NCBI GenBank assembly: GCA_964016885.1
Contig: OZ024740.1
Span: 170,004,001 to 170,068,000, forward strand
Reading direction: 5' to 3'
Origin: Eledone cirrhosa
Taxonomy: Eukaryota
DNA length: 64,000 nucleotides
Every line of letters begins with the position of its first letter. The first letter of the stretch is position 1. The notes beneath the pieces were generated by a model. The model saw nothing but the letters and a program-made list of their open reading frames with translations. It was not told the origin of the DNA and did no database searches. The translations under genes were made by a program, and so were the position numbers. Positions 12,001 through 24,377 of this stretch are shown in pieces.

Positions 12001-14345
12001 GCCTTCCGCGTCTCTCGAGCATGGACGCCGAGTTCTGCGAAGGACCGATCACAGCCACTGAGATACGGGATGCTCTGGGCCGCTGCGGGAAACGCAAATC
12101 ACCCGGTCTAGATGGTCTACCCTATGAGTTTTACATAGGCATGCCGGACTTGTTCTCTGGCGTCCTAGAAGCCGTCTACTGCAATTGGCAGTAGAACGGG
12201 ACAATTCCCAGTTCTGTAGGCAAGGGTGTAGTAACGCTGATCAGGAAAGAACAAGGTGGACGAAATAAACAATTTCAGGCCCATAACTCTGCTCAACACA
12301 GAGTTAAAGATTTTGGCCAAGGTGCTAGCGACGAGGTTGGCGCTTGTCGTCGAAAACCTGGTAGGAAAAGCGCAAACGTGTGCAATCCCGACCAGGTCCA
12401 TACACGACAACCTCCACCTCATGCGATACATCATAGAGAGGGTGGGTGTAAACCCGGCTTCGGTGGGACTCTGATCAATTTAGATCAGTCTAAGGCATTC
12501 GATAGAGTCGACCATTGATACTTTGAAGCCGTTCTCAAGGAGGCCGTTTCGGTCCCGTTTTCAGAGGCTGGATCAAGGCGATGCACACCAGCATCTGCAC
12601 GAAGGTCAAGATGAACGGCTACCTATCGGAGCCGTTCGCAATCACGCGTTCCATTCGACAGGGATGCCCTTTCTCCTCCATTCTGTACGTATTGACTCTA
12701 GATCCACTACTGCGGTAGTTGGAGCTTTTGCAGGGCATCCCATTAGAACGGGACTGCGAAAAGAAGCGTCGGCTTATGCCGACGACGTGACGGTAATGGT
12801 GTCCAAAACCTCGGAAATCGAGGTAATCGGCAACCTACTATAGGAATACGAAAGGTTTGCAACTCGGAACGTGGAGAGGCAAACTGATGACGTCCGACAG
12901 AGTCGTCGGACGCTGGACGGAGGGACCGGTGAAATTGCTCGGGATCTGGTTCGGTCCAGACCTCCAGGTGAAGAAAAACTGGAACGAGGTCATGGCCAAG
13001 GTATTTGCACTCACCCAGAAGTGGGCAGAGAGAAAACTGTCTTTGAAATGTCAAGCGGAGGTGGCGAACACTTTCATACCGTCCGTCATCTACTACCGCT
13101 TGACTGTCGTGCCTTGTCCCCGTGAATACCTCACCAAGATGGAACGCATGCTCTTCCAGTGGAAGAAGCAGGCTCCACTGGTGAGGAGATCCGTCTGCTG
13201 TCAACACCCTTCCAACGGAGGGATGGGCATGCCGTGGCTAATGATGCGCAAACATGCTCTGAGGCTACGGCATCGTCAGGTATTCCTCACCGGCCAGCCG
13301 GCGTGGGCACCGTTTGTGAGACAGCCTTTCCCACAACTTGTCTCGCTGAGGGAGCTGCATCCTGGGTCAAGCGAAGACCGAAGAAGATGGGCGCCTGGCA
13401 CATTAAATGCACCAAGGATCTCACAGTCCTCATTCAAGCGGGCACAGCAATCAGTGGAGACTCCATTCTATTGAGGGTTAGTACGTTACAAGTGCGACGA
13501 CGTGCTCGGAGAGACTCTAGGCGTCGAAGACGACGAGCTCACCAGTCTGTTCGGTAGGACTTTCCGCCCGGGACCTATGGACAACTTCCAGAGGTACCTG
13601 GCCTGGCCGTGCTACTGAGGAGCTCTACCCGTTCGAGATAAGATCCACAGGCCCGGACGCCCCGGCAGGGATCCTTCCAAGAGGACGTGTCCAAGATGCG
13701 AGCAGGACATTGAAACCGTCTTGCACGCAATTGTACACTGCCCGGGCGTAAGCGACCTGTGGAACTATGTAGAACAACTGCTGTCGCGTATGGGACAAAT
13801 CCAGTTGACTACCGAGTCCATAGTAAGGATCAAACCGCCAACTTCTTTCAAAAGCGAAAGAGAGTCGGTTTTTCTCTGTACAGTGGCTATGGTGAAAGGG
13901 TTTATATGGTGGACGAGATTGAGAGGACTGAGGACAAATGCCTTTCTCTCCGGACAACAATTGATTCCCTTCTTTAAGTATCACTTTAGAAGGAGAATCA
14001 GAGTGGAGAGAGAGCTACTGCACCCCAGTAAATTTACTGAAAGGTGGGTGAATGTGGCAAAAATGGGCCTTCTATGTTTATAAGCCTGTAAGTTAAAGAA
14101 GAGAGCAACAGAAAGAAAGTAGCACTTGCACAACCTGCTCCTGAAGTTGAGGGTTGTTTTATCGACGAGGTATTAAACAACCCATTTGTGGAGCTTCCCC
14201 CCTTGGGTATTTCGATTGTTATAATTGTTTGTTTTATATTTTTTACACGACTGTATGTTAAATCCCCGGCATGTCTTTGTTTTGTCCTCTTTTTTTGTGC
14301 GCCCTTGTGGCAAATAAAGAAAACTATCTATCTCTTTATTTATCT
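9094..14345 (+). mobile_element. Near full-length decayed Tx1-type LINE (ORF1 ~9094-10682, ORF2 ~10724-14091)
   Basis: ORF1 pieces homologous to 37130-39229; APE start (NVRGLG), GDWN, SPGLDGL, KAFDRVDH and YADD motifs; many stops and frameshifts; AATAAA plus a TCTA-type tail. Confidence 0.9.
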
Positions 14346-14422
14346 CTATATATAAACACACACACAGACACATGTATATATATATTGGAAAACGTGTGAA
14401 ATCCTTGGTAGAGTTAGGTATA

Positions 14423-14530
14423 TTTTAAAAAAGGAAAAGAATGACTTCACTTTTATAATATTATAATATTATAAAATTAAATTAAAATGTCAAGAACTAC
14501 AAGTGAAGTCATTCTTTTCCTTTTTAAATA
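14423..14530. repeat. Inverted repeat, ~29-bp arms
   Basis: TTTAAAAAAGGAAAAGAATGACTTCACTT ... AAGTGAAGTCATTCTTTTCCTTTTTAAA. Confidence 0.8.
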
Positions 14531-14547
14531 TATATATATACATATAT

Positions 14548-14739
14548 ATAGGAACGAGTAGGACCCCGAGGGCTGAGCTCAAGCCGTTTCGACGGCTAAT
14601 TCTTGACTGAATTAGCCGTCGAAGCGGCTTGAGCTCAGCCGTCGGGGTCCTACTCATTCCTATTACCCACTATACTACCCTAAGTATTGAGTACTTTGGT
14701 GCGTTATGGTCCACCTGGTTCCTTACCACATTTCCTTTG

Positions 14740-14743
<4 letters not shown>
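14548..14743. repeat. Fold-back repeat family P (~135-bp unit with inverted return arm)
   Basis: Unit AACGAAGGAAATGTGGTAAGGAACC...GAGCTCAAGCCGTTTCGACGGCTAATTC, folding back at ~14605; flanked by (TA)n. Confidence 0.85.
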
Positions 14744-14796
<53 letters not shown>

Positions 14797-14799
<3 letters not shown>

Positions 14800-15552
14800 T
14801 AACTGAACAAAAAAGAAAAACGAACACAGACATATACATATATGTGTTCAAATCGTAATGGACCAGAATCGTTAAGGTGAAAAAAATACTAACTACAGAC
14901 AATAGGGTTTGCTAGACTCAATTTAAGAATAAATCAAGAAAAATAAATACAAACCAGAATTGTGGTAACTACCGTTCAGTTTTGATTGTACTGTTTCGCA
15001 ATATTATTTGTGAAGAGGAATACCAAAGTCCTAGCTCATCAGCGGGTGCAGAAATTAGTATCCTGATCACTTCTAAATATAATAAAAAAACTGCATAGTG
15101 TGTGTATATGTAACGCACATGGTTCCCGAACTTAGCGTGTCTCGCATACTCACGACACTAAAAATAGCAGCCGGATTTACTCGACATTTGAATTAGCTCG
15201 ACGAATATATCAAAGGAGCCGAATATATCAAAGGTTAGAAACTCAAAATAGTCTCATTACAATGAATTAGCTCTAGGAAAGAGGTTTTTCCGAGCCGTAT
15301 AGTATAACTGAACAAAAACGAAAAACGAACACAGAGATATACATGTGTACATATTTTTCTTGATTTATTCTTAAATGGAGACTAGGAAACCCTATTTTCC
15401 ACCTTAGCGATTCTGGTCCATTACGATTTGAACACATATATGTATATGTCCGTGTTCGTTTTTCTTTTTAGTTCAGTTATACTATACGGCTCGGAAAAAC
15501 CTCTTTCATAGAGCTAATTTACTGTAATGAGACTATTTTGAGTTTCTAACTC
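14797..15552 (-). mobile_element. Retrozyme-like element family C: ~504-bp unit, terminal redundancy, inverted partial copy
   Basis: AGTATAACTGAACAAAAA repeats at ~14797 and 15301. 15350-15550 is an inverted copy spanning the unit junction. (TA)n on both sides. Confidence 0.7.
14972..15045 (-). ncRNA. Degenerate hammerhead family C with long loop II
   Basis: Minus strand: CCG-CTGATGA-GC-(34 nt)-GC-GAAACAG-(11 nt)-CTGAA-CGG. U16.1 appears mutated to A. Confidence 0.5.
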
Positions 15553-15564
15553 AATACATGCCTT

Positions 15565-15606
<42 letters not shown>

Positions 15607-15610
<4 letters not shown>

Positions 15611-15733
15611 CGAAGGAAATGTGGTAAGGAACCAGGTGGACCATAACGCACCAAAGTACTCAATAGTTAGGGTAGTAGAGTGGGTAATAGGAACGAGTAG
15701 GACCCCTACGGCTGAGCTCAGCCGTAGGGGTCC
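15607..15733. repeat. Fold-back repeat family P copy
   Basis: Same unit; folds back at the GAGCTC palindrome (~15716). Confidence 0.85.
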
Positions 15734-15882
15734 TTCGTTTCGTTATTTGTTTTTATCGTCTCCGTTGAACCGGTACGTACTCACACTCTATGCAAATTAG
15801 TCTGCCCACTACTAATTTTCATAGAAAAAGCATATAACGATATGTGCTTTTACGATTCTCCAGAAAGGCCGGTAGATAGGTA

Positions 15883-15927
15883 AATATTGCTGATGAGTTG
15901 TAACAACAACGAAACTAGTTCAATATT
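15883..15927 (+). ncRNA. Minimal type I hammerhead ribozyme family D
   Basis: AATATTG-CTGATGA-GTTGT-AACA-ACAAC-GAAAC-TA-GTT|CAATATT: 7-bp stem I, canonical core, palindromic stem III AACTAGTT; predicted cut after 15920. Confidence 0.88.
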
Positions 15928-16348
15928 CCTTTTCTGGCTTTCTGGAGAATAGAGGAAAGGTGTTTCCTCAAAAACCAGTATGACTCTAAAAACCGGTTTG
16001 TCTGTGTGTTTACATACAGAATAGCTGGCCACTCACAGTAAAGTGACCAGTGAAAGAATTGGTACATCTACATATGTATACGTGTGTGTATTCATATGCA
16101 TACTAGTATTTCAGTATACATATGTGGATGTACTTTTTTAACTTAATTGTTTAAGCGTCAGTCATACAAAAGTGAGTTACAAACAAAACAAAATTTAATT
16201 TCGTTTCGTTATTTGTTTTTATCGTCTCCTTTGAACCGGTACGTACTCACACTCTATGCAAATTAGTCTGCCCACTACTAATTTTCATAGAAAAAGCATA
16301 TAACGATATGTGCTTTTACGATTCTCCAGAAAGGCCGGTAGATAGGTA

Positions 16349-16393
16349 AATATTGCTGATGAGTTGTAACAACAACGAAACTAGTTCAATATT
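16349..16393 (+). ncRNA. Minimal type I hammerhead ribozyme family D (second unit)
   Basis: Identical motif 466 nt downstream; predicted cut after 16386. Confidence 0.88.
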
Positions 16394-16608
16394 CCTTGTC
16401 TGGCTTTCTGGAGAATAGAGGAAAGGTGTTTCCTCAAAAACCAGTATGACTCTAAAAACCGGTTTGTCTGTGTGTTTACATACAGAATAGCTGGCCACTC
16501 ACAGTAAAGTGACCAGTGAAAGACTTGGTACATCTACATATGTATACGTGTGTGTATTCATATGCATACTAGTATTTCAGTATACATATGTGGATGTACA
16601 TTTTTAAC

Positions 16609-16613
<5 letters not shown>

Positions 16614-16662
<49 letters not shown>

Positions 16663-16737
16663 CACATATATATATATATACATATATATATATACATATA
16701 TATATATATACATATATATATACATACATATATATAT

Positions 16738-16820
<83 letters not shown>
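16614..16820. repeat. Long interrupted (TA)n/(CA)n microsatellite
   Basis: Read directly. Confidence 0.95.
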
Positions 16821-16822
<2 letters not shown>

Positions 16823-17751
16823 CATACATGTGTATTGCTCTTGTATCCAATCCGTGAAGGTGTGTTGCTGTCGAAATATTATAAAATTTCAGGATCAAGT
16901 AAATATTTATTAGGTAACATATCATATTTGTTATTGTTATGGATATTTAATTTTCAATCTGCTTTACTATAACACATGAAATTTTAAACTCTAGATATTG
17001 CACAAACACCAACACACTCACATTACAATAATATAGTTATAACCTGTTGCACTCACACACACAAACACTCCATCCACACACATACATACACACATACGCG
17101 CAAATATATATATATATGCGTGTGTATATATGTATGTGGGGGGATGTATGAGTGTGTGTATAACTGCCAGTAATTCGAAATAAATTTTACAGCACCGTAC
17201 TAAATTCGGTGAAGCATTTACGTTGCTTCCTCTATGCTCACAGCAATCACATCTTTTATCACTGTGTGGTGAATAACAATTTTTAGTTATATTTTACGGG
17301 TCGATTCGATTGATTATACCTATTATCTAGTAAAACATTCATTGTGAGCCTATGTACGATGTCAATACAATGTCTAGAAAAATATGACATTAATTATTTT
17401 TATTTTAAACCTCAATAATTTTCCCTTGCACCACACTGTTTTGAAATGAATTGTAATGAAACAGCTTTCTACTAGATATTTCAAGTATCGCAGCTGTTTA
17501 TGTTAGAGAAAGCGATTTAAAATGGCGGCAACAGATATACTCATTAAATCCTGAAGGTCAAATTGACATTAGAAAAATAGTTGTTCTCCGCTTGTCAAGA
17601 AAGTCAATAAAAAAATGACCAGAAAATAAAATAAAACTAAAGATTAGACATAAATGACAGGTTGATCCAACAATATTTATTAACAGACACGCAAACACAC
17701 ATGAACAGATATAAACACACATATGTATATACGTTTATATGAGCATGCTTG

Positions 17752-17808
<57 letters not shown>

Positions 17809-17868
17809 ACATACATACATACACACATACGCACACACAGACACACACACCCACACACACACACACAT

Positions 17869-17899
<31 letters not shown>

Positions 17900-18863
17900 A
17901 AGAGAGAGAGAGAGAGACATCCTTTTATTGCATTACTTGAAATATCTTACGGTATATTCAATTATTCATACATGTAAACCAAACAATTTGTTCAATATTC
18001 TTTTTCTAAATTATTAATGCCATTTGCTAGGCAAGGGCTGAATCCATTGTTCTCTTTATAGTAACACGGGACGTGCAAAAATCAATATTTTCTACAGGTG
18101 ACTATTTTATTTGTTCGGTTTGGAAGTTATTCTAATACCGAGAAATAAAAGCAAGCATGCATTATCCCTGAAGCTTGCGAATGAGATAAGTTGTTTAATG
18201 GAATAGAGAAATGACTAGACATAAAAAAATAATGATATTCTGTAGTTCTGTTGATGCAGATTTGGTCCAGTTAATCAAAATGCCCAGTGTTATAGCATTT
18301 GTTAATAGTAAAATAAAGGAAGATAATTGCATGCCATGTTATTTTAATATGCAAACTGCTGTTGCCTGCAGTAATTTAAAAACAAAACAAAACAAAGAAA
18401 CTGTGTTTTCATTTTCTGTAAGCTGATATTCTTAGATGCATCTCTATTACACTGCAAAATGAGATGCTTCTAATTTTTCTGTGTGTTAAATAAGAACTAT
18501 GACCGAACACATTTTCGTTAGAAGCAATTTTTTTAATGATAATTCGTGTGTAATTTTATATCATCTGTAAATACCTCGATTCTATAATCGGAACTGATAT
18601 CATAACAATAGAAATTTCTTTTAACTACATGATAAATCCATCTCTTACGGAAACTAAACGCAGTAAAAATATAAAATATTTGTTTTGTTTACTAATTGAG
18701 TCAAATATTGGAATATACAATTACTTTTCGGTCAATAATTTAGAAATCTGTTCTGAGATTATTTTACTGTTTGTTATTAGTACTAAAGTATTAAAACTGT
18801 TATATGTAGTTACTATATAGGGCTTAACTGAAAAAGGATATTTAAGTTGTCGGTGGGATAATC

Positions 18864-19048
18864 ATAATTGTTTCTACTTTAGGCACAAGGCCAGCAATTA
18901 CCCAGTGCATTACTGGTACTTTATTTTATCGACCCCGTAAGGATGAAAGGCAAAGTCAACCTCGGCGGGATTTGAACTCAGATCGTAAAGGGACGTAACT
19001 ATGCTGGAAAGCATGGTGTCTGACCCTCTACCGATACTGCCAATCCAC
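18864..19048 (-). mobile_element. tRNA-derived SINE family S1, full length
   Basis: A and B boxes, body ...GGGGTCGATAAAATAAAGTACCAGT..., 3' end GTAGAAACAATTAT. Confidence 0.9.
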
Positions 19049-19111
19049 CAAATATCAGTAGATAAGTTAGCAGGCTCACTTCAGTATATATATGCTGGGT
19101 CCGTCAATCCT

Positions 19112-19162
<51 letters not shown>

Positions 19163-19169
19163 GGGGTGT

Positions 19170-19420
19170 ATATATATATATGAATGTATATATAGTGTAT
19201 TTGGTAATACACTGTATGCTTAATTAAAAGCATTCTGTTTTAAAGTAGTGACTATGTCACACTTCTTTTTTTAACAAACAAAGGGAGATAAGCTGACAGA
19301 TCTCTATTTCATATTGTTGGTATTCTTCAGAGCTTAGCACTCCCCTCGCTTGTGGAAAAATGATGAATGTTGGATTCTGATAGAATTCCAGTAATAATCA
19401 GGAACTGATTATACAGAGCG
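19170..19420 (-). mobile_element. Diverged monomer of family B
   Basis: Colinear with 2610-2880 (ATGAATGTATATATAGTGTATTT...CAGGAACTGATTATACAGAGCG). Confidence 0.8.
19290..19335 (-). ncRNA. Hammerhead family B with canonical C3-G8 core
   Basis: Minus strand: AAGCT-CTGAAGA-ATAC-CAACAA-TAT-GAAAT-AGAGATCT-GTC-AGCTT; 5-bp stem I, damaged stem II. Confidence 0.7.
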
Positions 19421-19633
19421 ATTCAATCCCAAAACTGATTTTCTGGCGAAACAATCTCTCCGAATTTGTACGTGAGTGATATATAGTTATAAAGATGGGT
19501 TCTTTCATTTTAATTTGTTTTTAATTATAATGTATCTGCCTCACCTTTCTTAGTTTATAGGTTCCATACTCTAGTGGTATTCCCTGTAACTTGATAAACA
19601 CACACTCTCTCTAGTGTGTTTTCTTCTTTATAT

Positions 19634-19679
<46 letters not shown>

Positions 19680-19690
19680 GGTGTATGCAT

Positions 19691-19731
<41 letters not shown>

Positions 19732-20204
19732 AACATGATCAGCGTACATCATGAGCCTGCAGATGTGATATCTAAATAGCTACCTGGTGTCTGATTGATG
19801 TAAGCAAAGACGTCCTGCAGTATTATTAATGTGCGCTGTTATGGCTACATAGGCACATATAATTCTTTTAAAGGAGGAGATGGACGAAAAGATACGCCAA
19901 TATCACAATGAATTTGGAGAGATATTTGAATATTTGAAATGATAACTAATGATCTGACGTAGATGCTGAAGGCAATACAAATATCACTCCTACCCATACT
20001 TTCCACTATAACTACAACCCTCACCGCCAATATCTTACCACCGACACTACAACAATTCGACATCAAGCACTGCCTCCACCTCCAATACTATTGTAAATAC
20101 GTGCATCAACCTAACTACAGGACCCTAACGTGTAATTTCAGTGAGATTTGGGTACGATTTCTAGCAGGTAGAGTAGTCACATATTGCTCCCTTCATTGAT
20201 GTAG

Positions 20205-20382
20205 TTTGGCAGTATCGGTAGAGCGTCAGACACCATGTTTTACAGCATAGAGTTATGGCCCTTTGTCTTCTGAGTTCAAATCCCCCAGGGTTAACTTTGC
20301 CTTTCATCCGTACGGGGTCGATAAAATAAAGTACCAGTGATGCACTGGGGTAATCGCTGGCTTTGTGCCAAAAGTAGAAACT
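20205..20382 (+). mobile_element. tRNA-derived SINE family S1
   Basis: TTGGCAGTATCGGTAGA...GAGTTCAAATCC...GTACCAGT...AGTAGAAAC. Confidence 0.88.
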
Positions 20383-20993
20383 CTATATTAATCAATCTAT
20401 TAGTTATTATGGCAGTTGACACAGTTTCGTGAAAGATGTATAAGACTCGATGGATTGCAGACAATTCATCGCCAGGCCACTGTACCATGCAGAAATTATT
20501 CACAAGTACACATTAACATTTCTAGACAATTCGAAATAATCCGTTTTGCAGCGCCAGAAGATTAAGAAAATTATAGTATTTCAAAAGACTGTCCACAATA
20601 GACTGGCTGCAGCAAACGTGACATTTTAGAGTTTAGAACAAATATAGCTTACTGCCTCTTTTATAACATCTGCTAGTTCAGTAGAATTTCATATTAGATT
20701 ACGCCGTGTAGATACAACAGCCGGAGTACATTTAAAATCAGAGAGATTAAATCACGAGAATAGTTGTACGTATTTACATTTTAATAATTAGCCTTCAGCC
20801 ACTGGCATCAAGAGTTTGGGAGGTAGCCGGATCTAATTCCACACCCAGAACATTTGAAATGGGGCTTACGTGGTAATTTTATGAAACACCAAAATAGTAG
20901 TCTAAATAGAAAATGAAACTGAGAAAATCCCGGTGTACTGGAATTTAATTGTCTTGTTTACATATATATATATATATATTAATGTAAGTATGA

Positions 20994-21059
<66 letters not shown>

Positions 21060-21076
21060 TACTGTAAGTATGCACA

Positions 21077-21361
<285 letters not shown>

Positions 21362-21384
21362 ATATATATATAAAAAAAAACCAA

Positions 21385-21708
21385 AAAAAACATACATGTT
21401 TACGTTTATAATTTGCTTGTTTATCATTCACTTGCTAAGTTCATAGCTTCTAATTCGAATGGAAGGAGACGGGATGTGTATTGGTGTAATGGTAGCACAG
21501 TGGTCTGGATAACCAAAGATGTGGCTTCGACTCCCATGTACGGCAACACTCATCTTTTTCCATTTCTCCGAGGGTTTTAAACCCCACTATCAGGCTAGAA
21601 ATTTCTTTAGTCTAAAATACGGTGAAAGCTTATAATTTCTAATTTCTAATTTCAAACTCGCGCACCGTTTCAAAAAACATACTTACATGTTTACGTTTAT
21701 AATTTGCT

Positions 21709-21711
<3 letters not shown>
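21385..21711 (+). mobile_element. ~291-bp terminally redundant unit with internal tRNA-like Pol III module
   Basis: ACATGTTTACGTTTATAATTTGCTTGT at 21394 and 21685; A box TGGTGTAATGG (~21482), B-box-like GCTTCGACTCC (~21524), T5 at ~21554. Confidence 0.6.
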
Positions 21712-21770
<59 letters not shown>

Positions 21771-21773
<3 letters not shown>

Positions 21774-21909
21774 CGAAGGAGTTGTGGTAAGGAACCAGAG
21801 AGGCCATAACGCTCCAGAGTACTCAATACTTAGGGTAGTAAAGTGGGTAATAGGAAAATGTATGACTCCGACGGCAGAGCTCTGCGGTCGGGGTCATACA
21901 TTTTCCTAT
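21771..21909. repeat. Fold-back repeat family P copy
   Basis: Folds back at GAGCTC (~21880). Confidence 0.85.
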
Positions 21910-22084
21910 ATATATATATATACACATAAATATATATACATACAAACACATATATACATATACATATGTACGTATAGGCTATATCAAACACTAATAATAA
22001 TTTTTCCTCAAAGCCAGTGTTGAACAAACAGGTGGTGATCGGTCACCGGTACGGCACAGCTTTAAATCGGGCCTTTGTTGCGGG

Positions 22085-22272
22085 GGATTGGCAGTATCGG
22101 TAGAGGGTCGGACTCCATGCTTTGAAGCATAGAGTTACATCCCTGTATGATCTGAGTTCAAATCCCGCCGAGGTTAACTTTGCCTTTCATCCTTACAGGT
22201 TCGATAAAATAAAGTACCAGTAATACACTGGGATATTTGCTGGCCTTGTGCCAAAAGTAGAAACGATTATTA
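22085..22272 (+). mobile_element. tRNA-derived SINE family S1
   Basis: A and B boxes, conserved body, ATTATT tail. Confidence 0.9.
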
Positions 22273-22357
22273 GTGTTCGATATAACCCATCCTTACATAT
22301 AATATGTATAAGGAAAGTATATACTTTCAGACGTTCAACGATCTGGCAGGAAGGAAT

Positions 22358-22400
22358 ACGATGCTGATGATAGCTAATAAGCTTGAAACTAGTACATCGT
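22358..22400 (+). ncRNA. Minimal type I hammerhead family E
   Basis: ACGATG-CTGATGA-T-AGCT-AATA-AGCT-T-GAAAC-TA-GTA|CATCGT; stem I extends via CTGGCA/TGTCAG and GTTCAAC/GTTGAAC. Confidence 0.8.
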
Positions 22401-22847
22401 TCCTGTGTCAGTGTTGAACAAAAAGGTGACGTGGTTGCCTAGACACTGTACGGCGTAATTCGGGATGTTTGTTTCTTTACAAACAAACCGAACATTATAA
22501 TAAATGTTCGGTAAACCGATACGTGCATATATATGTATGCATGTATGTATATATATACATACTACTGTACGTCTGTATACATATATGTATGTACGTATAC
22601 ATACATACATATTACATATATATATATATATATATATATAAGTATGTATACGTACATATATATATGTATACAGACGTACAGTAGTATGTATATATATATA
22701 TACATACATGCACACATATATATATGTACGTATGGATTCACCGAACATTTCTTATAATGCTCGGTGTGTTTGTAAACAAACATCCCGAATTAAGCCGTAC
22801 AGTGTCTAGCAACCATCGTTGCTCATTTGTTCAACATTGACGAAGGA

Positions 22848-22890
22848 ACGTTGTATTAGTTTCAAGCTTATTAGCTATCGTCAGCAACGT
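22848..22890 (-). ncRNA. Minimal type I hammerhead family E (inverted copy)
   Basis: Minus strand: ACGTTG-CTGACGA-TAGCTAATAAGCTT-GAAAC-TA-ATA-CAACGT; stem III G16.2 changed to A. Confidence 0.72.
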
Positions 22891-23698
22891 ATACCTTCCT
22901 GCCAGATGATTGAACGTCTGAAAGTATATATTTTCCTTATGCATATTAACGGCTGAGCAGCTTTATTTGCATATCGAGTGAGTTAATCGGCCGGGGTACC
23001 GAAAACGATAAACGGAAAAAATGAAACGAAATTTTATTTCTCACTCTTCGTACGGCTGTTACTTAAATATAAGTATGTACACGTACATACATATATGTAT
23101 ACAGACGTACAGAAGTATCGGTGAATCCATACGTACATATATATATATGTGTGCATGTATGTATATATATATACATACTACTGTACGTCTGTATACATAT
23201 ATGTATGTACGTATACATACTTATATTTAAGTAACAGCCGTACTAAGAGTGCAAAATAAAATTTCGATTCATTTTTTCCGTTTATATATATATATATATA
23301 TATATACATATCTCTATATATATTCAATAGGTTTAATCTATATATATATATTATATATTGATTATTTTACTCAACTAAAAAGCTTAATGAACATTAAACT
23401 CAGATCATAAATTTTACAAATTTAAAAGATATATCAAACAATATTTTTCATATCAAACTGAGAAATACATTGCTAATACTCAAACGGCCGTTTCATAGAA
23501 ATCCAGAATATGATGTTTTATAATTGATTTTAATTATTGGTATGAATTAGCAACGATCGAATTTTGCAAACAACGTTAATGCCGAAGGAAAATTTCCAAT
23601 CATCATTGAACAACTGAACACCGAGCCTTTTATATATAAATCTCACATTCTACACTAACAACCAAACTGTCCAGGCAAGTCGCTGAAAATGACATGGT

Positions 23699-23782
<84 letters not shown>

Positions 23783-23859
23783 ACCAAAGATTAATATGTT
23801 TCATTGGTTATATATAGTTTTACAATAGATTAAAAGCACTCTACAGTTAAGTTTTCTAA

Positions 23860-24225
23860 TATTATTCAGAATATTAATAAAGGAAGACTTTCACATAATC
23901 AAAATATATGTTTTATTATATATATTTCGAAGGTACTGTGCTGTTTTTTCAGTACGTCTTCGTCAGATAAAATACATGAATTGATGTATGACATACCTCC
24001 ACAGTCTTCATGGTTCAATTCCAGTGTTGGCAGTATTGGAAATTCCACTGCCAATACTGTAATTGAACCATCAAGACCGTTGAGGTATGTCATATATCAA
24101 TTCATGTATTTTATCTGACGAGGACGTACTGAAAAAAACAGCACAGTACCTTCGAAATATATATAATAAAACATATATTTTGATTATGTGAATGTCTTCA
24201 TTTATTAATATTCTGAATAATATAT
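23860..24225. repeat. Near-perfect palindrome (~170-bp arms) carrying family F hammerhead motifs at 23911-23972 (-) and 24109-24171 (+)
   Basis: Arms mirror around ~24040. Motif: TTTTAT-CTGACGA-RGAC-GTACTG-loop-CAGTAC-CTTC-GAAA-TATATATA-ATAAAA. Confidence 0.8.
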
Positions 24226-24249
24226 ATATGTATATATATATATATATAT

Positions 24250-24377
24250 TAGAATGGACGCGGTAAAAACCAACTAGACCATTTCTCACCAGAGTACTTG
24301 GGGTAGTAGAGTGGGTAATATTAAACATTCAGGACCCTGATTGGACCTGAATTTTTCATATAACCCACTCTACCCCA
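24250..24377. repeat. Diverged fold-back family P copy
   Basis: GGTAAAAACCAACTAGACCAT...GGGTAGTAGAGTGGGTAATAT, then inverted ...ATAACCCACTCTACCCC. Confidence 0.65.

Larger units (their letters stand above)
15734..16614 (+). mobile_element. Retrozyme-like element family D: 466-bp unit, ~1.9 tandem copies
   Basis: TTCGTTTCGTTATTTG starts at 15734 and 16200; copies are nearly identical; one hammerhead per unit; no recognisable protein; (TA)n downstream. Confidence 0.85.
22298..23283. mobile_element. Family E hammerhead element: ~320-bp inverted arms plus a second fold-back
   Basis: 22298-22620 is an imperfect inverted repeat of 22635-22947 around a (TA)n centre; 23010-23115 is inverted relative to 23175-23283. 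Confidence 0.8.

Noticed and set aside
15850-16498. Duplicated 60-aa minus-strand ORF
   Set aside because: No ATG start, no recognisable motif, and antisense to the hammerhead; explained by the 466-bp duplication.
16569-17977. ORFs rich in YI, CV or HT repeats (also at 20902, 25961, 48989, 56329)
   Set aside because: They are translations of (TA)n and (TG)n microsatellites.
5340-18160. Possible host micro-exons (~5345-5410, ~8738-8867, ~18098-18136)
   Set aside because: Only AG/GT-bounded short frames with no recognisable protein; needs transcript evidence.
21470-21546. True tRNA gene
   Set aside because: Acceptor and anticodon stems are defective; treated as a tRNA-like module.
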